The notes beneath the pieces are model-generated. The model searched no databases, was not told the DNA's origin, and saw only the letters and a list, made by a program, of their open reading frames with translations. A program made the translations under genes and the position numbers. Shown here piece by piece: positions 51,323 through 61,011 of a stretch of DNA of 64,000 bases; the first letter of the stretch is position 1, and every line of letters starts with the position of its first letter. The DNA comes from the human T2T-CHM13v2.0 reference genome, Homo sapiens: the NCBI RefSeq assembly GCF_009914755.1, contig NC_060947.1, one strand, 5' to 3'.

Positions 51323-54300
51323 GAAATCCTCAGAGAGCTCCAAATATCCACCTGCAGATTCTACCAAAAGTGTATTTGGAAACTGCTCCATCAAAAGGCA
51401 TGTTCAGCTCTGTGAGTGAAACTCCATCATCACAAAGAATATTCTGAGAATGCTTCCGTTTGCCTTTTATATGAAGTTCCTTCCTGTACTACCGTAGGCC
51501 TCAAAGCAGTCCAAATCTCCATTTGCAGATTCTATAAAAAGAGTGATTCCAATCTGCTCTATCAATAGGATTGTTCAACTCCATGAGTTGAATGCCATCC
51601 TCACAAAGTAGTTTCTGAGAATGCTTCTATCTGGTTTTTGTGTGAAGATATTTCCTTTTCCACCACAGGCCTCAAAGCCCTCCAAACGTCCACTTGCAGA
51701 TTCTCGAAAAAGAGTGTTTCATAGCTGCTCTTTCAAAAGGAAAGTTCAACTCTGGGAGTTGAATACAAACATCACAAAGTAGTTTCCGAGAATGCTTCTG
51801 TTTAGTTTTTATGTGAGGATGATCCCGTTTCCAGTGAAATCTTCAAAGAGGTCCACATATCCCCTTGCAGATTCCAAAGAAAGAGGGTTTCAAAACTGCT
51901 CCATCAGAAGGATTGTTCAACTCTGTGAGTTGAATGCAGTCATCGCAGAAAACTTTCTGAGAATGCTTCTGTCTAGGTTTGATGTGAAGATATAGACGTT
52001 TCAAACGAAGGCTACAAAGTGGTCAAAATATACACTTGCAGATTCTACTACAAGGGTGTTGCAAACCTGAACTATCAAAGGAAGGTTCAACTCTGTGAGT
52101 TGAATACAAACATCACAAAGAATGTTCTGAGTTTGCTTCCGTTCAGTTATGGGAAGTTGATCCCGTTTCCAACGAAATCCTCAGAGAGGTCCAAATATCC
52201 CCTTGCAGATTCTACAAAACGTGTGTTTGGAAACTGCTCCATCATAACGAATGTTCAGCTCCCTGAGTTAAACTCCATCGTCACAAAGAATTTTCTGAGA
52301 GTGCTACCGTCTGGTTTTTATATGAAGTTCTTTCCTTCACTACCACAGGCCTCAAAGCGGTCCAAATCTCCACTTGCAGATTCTACAAAAAGAGTGTTTG
52401 CAAACTGCTCTATCAAAAGGAATGTTCAACTCTGGGAGTTGAATGCAATCATCACAGAGCAGTTTCTGAGAATGCTTCTATGTCGTTTTTAGGAGAAGAT
52501 ATTTCCTTTTCCAACACAGTCCTCCAAGCCCGCTAAATAGCCACTTGCACATTGTAGAAAAAGTGTGTCAAAGCTGCGCTATCAAAGGGAAAGTTCAACT
52601 CTGTGAGGTGAATGCAAACATCCCAAAGAAGTTTCTGAGAATGCTTCCGTTTAGCTTTTAGGTGAAGATTATCCCGTTTCCAACGAAACCTTCAAAGAGG
52701 TCCAAATATCCCCTTGCGGATCCCACAGAAAGAGTGTTTCGAAACTGCTGTTTCAAAAGGAATCTTCAACTCTGTGAGTTGAATGCAATCATCACAAAGA
52801 AGTTTCTGACAATGCTTCTCTCTCGTCTTTCTGTGAAGATAAAGGAAAAGGCTTTCAGGCCTTTTCCACCACAGGCCTGAAAGCGCTCCAAATGTCCACT
52901 TGCAGATTCTGCCAAAAGAATATTTCAAAACTGCTCTATGAAAAGCAATGTTAAACTCTGTGGCTCGAACACAAACATCACAAAGCGGTTTCTGAGAATG
53001 CTTCAGTTTAGTTTTTCTGTGGAAATATTCCCGTTTCCAAAGAAATCTTCAAAGAGGTCCACGTATCCACTTACAGATTCTACAAAAAGACAGTTTCAAA
53101 ACTGCTCCATCAAAAGGAGGGTTCAACTGTGTGACTTGAATGCAATCATCACTCAGAAGTTTCTGAGAATGCTTCTCTTTAGTTTTTACGTGAACATATA
53201 CCCGTTTCGAACGAAGGCCACCCAGTGGTCCAAATATCCACTTGCAGATTCTACAGAAAGAGTGTTTCGAACCTGAACTCTCAAAGGCAGGTTCATCTCT
53301 GCGAGTTAAATGCATTCATCATGAAGAACTTTCTCAGAGTATTTGTGTTTAGTTATGGGAAATTATTCCCGTTTCCAAAGAAATCCTCAGAGAGCTCCAA
53401 ATATCCACCTGCAGATTCTACCAAAAGTGTATTTGGAAACTGCTCCATCAAAAGGCATGTTCAGCTCTGTGAGTGAAACTCCATCATCACAAAGAATATT
53501 CTGAGAATGCTTCCGTTTGCCTTTTATATGAAGTTCCTTCCTGTACTACCGTAGGCCTCAAAGCAGTCCAAATCTCCATTTGCAGATTCTACAAAAAGAG
53601 TGATTCCAATCTGCTCTATCAATAGGATTGTTCAACTCCATGAGTTGAATGCCATCCTCACAAAGTAGTTTCTGAGAATGCTTCTATCTGGTTTTTGTGT
53701 GAAGATATTTCCTTTTCCACCACAGGCCTCAAAGCCCTCCAAACGTCCACTTGCAGATTCTCGAAAAAGAGTGTTTCATAGCTGCTCTTTCAAAAGGAAA
53801 GTTCAACTCTGGGAGTTGAATACAAACATCACAAAATAGTTTCCGAGAATGCTTCAGTTTAGTTTTTATGTGAAGATGATCCCGTTTCCAGTGAAATCTT
53901 CAAAGAGGTCCACATATCCCCTTGCAGATTCCAAAGAAAGAGGGTTTCAAAACTGCTCCATCAGAAGGATTGTTCAACTCTGTGAGTTGAATGCAGTCAT
54001 CGCAGAAAACTTTCTGAGAATGCTTCTGTCTAGGTTTGATGTGAAGATATAGATGTTTCAAACGAAGGCTACAAAGTGGTCAAAATATACACTTGCAGAT
54101 TCTACTACAAGGGTGTTGCAAACCTGAACTATCAAAGGAAGGTTCAACTCTGTGAGTTGAATACAAACATCACAAAGAATGTTCTGAGTTTGCTTCCGTT
54201 CAGTTATGGGAAGTTGATCCCGTTTCCAACGAAATCCTCAGAGAGGTCCAAATATCCCCTTGCAGATTCTACAAAACGTGTGTTTGGAAACTGCTCCATC

Positions 54301-57300
54301 ATAACGAATGTTCAGCTCCCTGAGTTAAACTCCATCGTCACAAAGAATTTTCTGAGAGTGCTACCGTCTGGTTTTTATATGAAGTTCTTTCCTTCACTAC
54401 CACAGGCCTCAAAGCGGTCCAAATCTCCACTTGCAGATTCTACAAAAAGAGTGTTTGCAAACTGCTCTATCAAAAGGAATGTTCAACTCTGGGAGTTGAA
54501 TGCAATCATCACAGAGCAGTTTCTGAGAATGCTTCTATGTCGTTTTTAGGAGAAGATATTTCCTTTTCCAACACAATCCTCCAAGCCCGCTAAATAGCCA
54601 CTTGCACATTGTAGAAAAAGTGTGTCAAAGCTGCGCTATCAAAGGGAAAGTTCAACTCTGTGAGGTGAATGCAAACATCCCAAAGAAGTTTCTGAGAATG
54701 CTTCCGTTTAGCTTTTAGGTGAAGATTATCCCGTTTCCAACGAAACCTTCAAAGAGGTCCAAATATCCCCTTGCGGATCCCACAGAAAGAGTGTTTCGAA
54801 ACTGCTGTTTCAAAAGGAATCTTCAACTCTGTGAGTTGAATGCAATCATCACAAAGAAGTTTCTGACAATGCTTCTCTCTCGTCTTTCTGTGAAGATAAA
54901 GGAAAAGGCTTTCAGGCCTTTTCCACCACAGGCCTGAAAGCGCTCCAAATGTCCACTTGCAGATTCTGCCAAAAGAATATTTCAAAACTGCTCTATGAAA
55001 AGCAATGTTAAACTCTGTGGCTGGAACACAAACATCACAAAGCGGTTTCTGAGAATGTTTCAGTTTAGTTTTTCTGTGGAAATATTCCCGTTTCCAAAGA
55101 AATCTTCAAAGAGGTCCACGTATCCACTTACAGATTCTACAAAAAGACAGTTTCAAAACTGCTCCATCAAAAGGAGGGTTCAACTGTGTGACTTGAATGC
55201 AATCATCACTCAGAAGTTTCTGAGAATGCTTCTCTTTAGTTTTTACGTGAACATATACCCGTTTCGAACGAAGGCCACCCAGTGGTCCAAATATCCACTT
55301 GCAGATTATACAGAAAGAGTGTTTCGAACCTGAACTCTCAAAGGCAGGTTCATCTCTGCGAGTTAAATGCATTCATCATGAAGAACTTTCTCAGAGTGTT
55401 TGTGTTTAGTTATGGGAAATTATTCCCGTTTCCAACGAAATCCTCAGAGAGCTCCAAATATCCACCTGCAGATTCTACCAAAAGTGTATTTGGAAACTGC
55501 TCCATCAAAAGGCATGTTCAGCTCTGTGAGTGAAACTCCATCATCACAAAGAATATTCTGAGAATGCTTCCGTTTGCCTTTTATATGAAGTTCCTTCCTG
55601 TACTACCGTAGGCCTCAAAGCAGTCCAAATCTCCATTTGCAGATTCTACAAAAAGAGTGATTCCAATCTGCTCTATCAATAGGATTGTTCAACTCCATGA
55701 GTTGAATGCCATCCTCACAAAGTAGTTTCCGAGAATGCTTCTGTTTAGTTTTTATGTGAAGATGATCCCGTTTCCAGTGAAATCTTCAAAGAGGTCCACA
55801 TATCCCCTTGCAGATTCCAAAGAAAGAGGGTTTCAAAACTGCTCCATCAGAAGGATTGTTCAACTCTGTGAGTTGAATGCAGTCATCGCAGAAAACTTTC
55901 TGAGAATGCTTCTGTCTAGGTTTGATGTGAAGATATAGATGTTTCAAACGAAGGCTACAAAGTGGTCAAAATATACACTTGCAGATTCTACTACAAGGGT
56001 GTTGCAAACCTGAACTATCAAAGGAAGGTTCAACTCTGTGAGTTGAATACAAACATCACAAAGAATGTTCTGAGTTTGCTTCCGTTCAGTTATGGGAAGT
56101 TGATCCCGTTTCCAACGAAATCCTCAGAGAGGTCCAAATATCCCCTTGCAGATTCTACAAAACGTGTGTTTGGAAACTGCTCCATCATAACGAATGTTCA
56201 GCTCCCTGAGTTAAACTCCATCGTCACAAAGAATTTTCTGAGAGTGCTACCGTCTGGTTTTTATATGAAGTTCTTTCCTTCACTACCACAGGCCTCAAAG
56301 CGGTCCAAATCTCCACTTGCAGATTCTACAAAAAGAGTGTTTGCAAACTGCTCTATCAAAAGGAATGTTCAACTCTGGGAGTTGAATGCAATCATCACAG
56401 AGCAGTTTCTGAGAATGCTTCTATGTCGTTTTTAGGAGAAGATATTTCCTTTTCCAACACAGTCCTCCAAGCCCGCTAAATAGCCACTTGCACATTGTAG
56501 AAAAAGTGTGTCAAAGCTGCGCTATCAAAGGGAAAGTTCAACTCTGTGAGGTGAATGCAAACATCCCAAAGAAGTTTCTGAGAATGCTTCCGTTTAGCTT
56601 TTAGGTGAGGATTATCCCGTTTCCAACGAAACCTTCAAAGAGGTCCAAATATCCCCTTGCGGATCCCACAGAAAGAGTGTTTCGAAACTGCTGTTTCAAA
56701 AGGAATCTTCAACTCTGTGAGTTGAATGCAATCATCACAAAGAAGTTTCTGACAATGCTTCTCTCTCGTCTTTCTGTGAAGATAAAGGAAAAGGCTTTCA
56801 GGCCTTTTCCACCACAGGCCTGAAAGCGCTCCAAATGTCCACTTGCAGATTCTGCGAAAAGAATATTTCAAAACTGCTCTATGAAAAGCAATGTTAAACT
56901 CTGTGGCTCGAACACAAACATCACAAAGCAGTTTCTGAGAATGCTTCAGTTTAGTTTTTCTGTGGAAATATTCCCGTTTCCAAAGAAATCTTCAAAGAGG
57001 TCCACGTATCCACTTACAGATTCTACAAAAAGACAGTTTCAAAACTGCTCCATCAAAAGGAGGGTTCAACTGTGTGACTTCAATGCAATCATCACTCAGA
57101 AGTTTCTGAGAATGCTTCTCTTTAGTTTTTACGTGAACATATACCCGTTTCGAACGAAGGCCACCCAGTGGTCCAAATATCCACTTGCAGATTATACAGA
57201 AAGAGTGTTTCGAACCTGAACTCTCAAAGGCAGGTTCATCTCTGCGAGTTAAATGCATTCATCATGAAGAACTTTCTCAGAGTATTTGTGTTTAGTTATG

Positions 57301-60300
57301 GGAAATTATTCCCGTTTCCAAAGAAATCCTCAGAGAGCTCCAAATATCCACCTGCAGATTCTACCAAAAGTGTATTTGGAAACTGCTCCATCAAAAGGCA
57401 TGTTCAGCTCTGTGAGTGAAACTCCATCATCACAAAGAATATTCTGAGAATGCTTCCGTTTGCCTTTTATATGAAGTTCCTTCCTGTACTACCGTAGGCC
57501 TCAAAGCAGTCCAAATCTCCATTTGCAGATTCTACAAAAAGAGTGATTCCAATCTGCTCTATCAATAGGATTGTTCAACTCCATGAGTTGAATGCCATCC
57601 TCACAAAGTAGTTTCTGAGAATGCTTCTATCTGGTTTTTGTGTGAAGATATTTCCTTTTCCACCACAGGCCTCAAAGCCCTCCAAACGTCCACTTGCAGA
57701 TTCTCGAAAAAGAGTGTTTCATAGCTGCTCTTTCAAAAGGAAAGTTCAACTCTGGGAGTTGAATACAAACATCACAAAATAGTTTCCGAGAATGCTTCAG
57801 TTTAGTTTTTATGTGAAGATGATCCCGTTTCCAGTGAAATCTTCAAAGAGGTCCACATATCACCTTGCAGATTCCAAAGAAAGAGGGTTTCAAAACTGCT
57901 CCATCAGAAGGATTGTTCAACTCTGTGAGTTGAATGCAGTCATCGCAGAAAACTTTCTGAGAATGCTTCTGTCTAGGTTTGATGTGAAGATATAGATGTT
58001 TCAAACGAAGGCTACAAAGTGGTCAAAATATACACTTGCAGATTCTACTACAAGGGTGTTGCAAACCTGAACTATCAAAGGAAGGTTCAACTCTGTGAGT
58101 TGAATACAAACATCACAAAGAATGTTCTGAGTTTGCTTCCGTTCAGTTATGGGAAGTTGATCCCGTTTCCAACGAAATCCTCAGAGAGGTCCAAATATCC
58201 CCTTGCAGATTCTACAAAACGTGGGTTTGGAAACTGCTCCATCATAACGAATGTTCAGCTCCCTGAGTTAAACTCCATCGTCACAAAGAATTTTCTGAGA
58301 GTGCTACCGTCTGGTTTTTATATGAAGTTCTTTCCTTCACTACCACAGGCCTCAAAGCGGTCCAAATCTCCACTTGCAGATTCTACAAAAAGAGTGTTTG
58401 CAAACTGCTCTATCAAAAGGAATGTTCAACTCTGGGAGTTGAATGCAATCATCACAGAGCAGTTTCTGAGAATGCTTCTATGTCGTTTTTAGGAGAAGAT
58501 ATTTCCTTTTCCAACACAATCCTCCAAGCCCGCTAAATAGCCACTTGCACATTGTAGAAAAAGTGTGTCAAAGCTGCGCTATCAAAGGGAAAGTTCAACT
58601 CTGTGAGGTGAATGCAAACATCCCAAAGAAGTTTCTGAGAATGCTTCCGTTTAGCTTTTAGGTGAAGATTATCCCGTTTCCAACGAAACCTTCAAAGAGG
58701 TCCAAATATCCCCTTGCGGATCCCACAGAAAGAGTGTTTCGAAACTGCTGTTTCAAAAGGAATCTTCAACTCTGTGAGTTGAATGCAATCATCACAAAGA
58801 AGTTTCTGACAATGCTTCTCTCTCGTCTTTCTGTGAAGATAAAGGAAAAGGCTTTCAGGCCTTTTCCACCACAGGCCTGAAAGCGCTCCAAATGTCCACT
58901 TGCAGATTCTGCCAAAAGAATATTTCAAAACTGCTCTATGAAAAGCAATGTTAAACTCTGTGGCTGGAACACAAACATCACAAAGCGGTTTCTGAGAATG
59001 TTTCAGTTTAGTTTTTCTGTGGAAATATTCCCGTTTCCAAAGAAATCTTCAAAGAGGTCCACGTATCCACTTACAGATTCTACAAAAAGACAGTTTCAAA
59101 ACTGCTCCATCAAAAGGACGGTTCAACTGTGTGACTTGAATGCAATCATCACTCAGAAGTTTCTGAGAATGCTTCTCTTTAGTTTTTACGTGAACATATA
59201 CCCGTTTCGAACGAAGGCCACCCAGTGGTCCAAATATCCACTTGCAGATTATACAGAAAGAGTGTTTCGAACCTGAACTCTCAAAGGCAGGTTCATCTCT
59301 GCGAGTTAAATGCATTCATCATGAAGAACTTTCTCAGAGTGTTTGTGTTTAGTTATGGGAAATTATTCCCGTTTCCAACGAAATCCTCAGAGAGCTCCAA
59401 ATATCCACCTGCAGATTCTACCAAAAGTGTATTTGGAAACTGCTCCATCAAAAGGCATGTTCAGCTCTGTGAGTGAAACTCCATCATCACAAAGAATATT
59501 CTGAGAATGCTTCCGTTTGCCTTTTATATGAAGTTCCTTCCTGTACTACCGTAGGCCTCAAAGCAGTCCAAATCTCCATTTGCAGATTCTACAAAAAGAG
59601 TGATTCCAATCTGCTCTATCAATAGGATTGTTCAACTCCATGAGTTGAATGCCATCCTCACAAAGTAGTTTCTGAGAATGCTTCTATCTGGTTTTTGTGT
59701 GAAGATATTTCCTTTTCCACCACAGGCCTCAAAGCCCTCCAAACGTCCACTTGCAGATTCTCGAAAAAGAGTGTTTCATAGCTGCTCTTTCAAAAGGAAA
59801 GTTCAACTCTGGGAGTTGAATGCAAACATCACAAAATAGTTTCCGAGAATGCTTCTGTTTAGTTTTTATGTGAAGATGATCCCGTTTCCAGTGAAATCTT
59901 CAAAGAGGTCCACATATCCCCTTGCAGATTCCAAAGAAAGAGGGTTTCAAAACTGCTCCATCAGAAGGATTGTTCAACTCTGTGAGTTGAATGCAGTCAT
60001 CGCAGAAAACTTTCTGAGAATGCTTCTGTCTAGGTTTGATGTGAAGATATAGACGTTTCAAACGAAGGCTACAAAGTGGTCAAAATATACACTTGCAGAT
60101 TCTACTACAAGGGTGTTGCAAACCTGAACTATCAAAGGAAGGTTCAACTCTGTGAGTTGAATACAAACATCACAAAGAATGTTCTGAGTTTGCTTCCGTT
60201 CAGTTATGGGAAGTTGATCCCGTTTCCAACGAAATCCTCAGAGAGGTCCAAATATCCCCTCGCAGATTCTACAAAACGTGTGTTTGGAAACTGCTCCATC

Positions 60301-61011
60301 ATAACGAATGTTCAGCTCCCTGAGTTAAACTCCATCGTCACAAAGAATTTTCTGAGAGTGCTACCGTCTGGTTTTTATATGAAGTTCTTTCCTTCACTAC
60401 CACAGGCCTCAAAGCGGTCCAAATCTCCACTTGCAGATTCTACAAAAAGAGTGTTTGCAAACTGCTCTATCAAAAGGAATGTTCAACTCTGGGAGTTGAA
60501 TGCAATCATCACAGAGCAGTTTCTGAGAATGCTTCTATGTCGTTTTTAGGAGAAGATATTTCCTTTTCCAACACAGTCCTCCAAGCCCGCTAAATAGCCA
60601 CTTGCACATTGTAGAAAAAGTGTGTCAAAGCTGCGCTATCAAAGGGAAAGTTCAACTCTGTGAGGTGAATGCAAACATCCCAAAGAAGTTTCTGAGAATG
60701 CTTCCGTTTAGCTTTTAGGTGAAGATTATCCCGTTTCCAACGAAACCTTCAAAGAGGTCCAAATATCCCCTTGCGGATCCCACAGAAAGAGTGTTTCGAA
60801 ACTGCTGTTTCAAAAGGAATCTTCAACTCTGTGAGTTGAATGCAATCATCACAAAGAAGTTTCTGACAATGCTTCTCTCTCGTCTTTCTGTGAAGATAAA
60901 GGAAAAGGCTTTCAGGCCTTTTCCACCACAGGCCTGAAAGCGCTCCAAATGTCCACTTGCAGATTCTGCCAAAAGAATATTTCAAAACTGCTCTATGAAA
61001 AGCAATGTTAA
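51323..61011. repeat. Multi-HOR duplicated block (~9.7 kb), copy of ~10358-20046, offset 40,965
   Basis: Shared rare markers occur in the same order: 11-mer junction, gtgaggatt, aaagcagttt, gacttcaatg, tatcaccttg, acgtgggttt, ggacggtt. I saw one mismatch (16229 C vs 57194 A). Confidence 0.88.
54775..56660 (-). repeat. Second copy of the same 11-mer HOR variant (junction at 55715-55729)
   Basis: BamHI sites at 54775 and 56661 are 1,886 bp apart. The junction is identical to 14750-14764, at an offset of 40,965. Confidence 0.95.
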
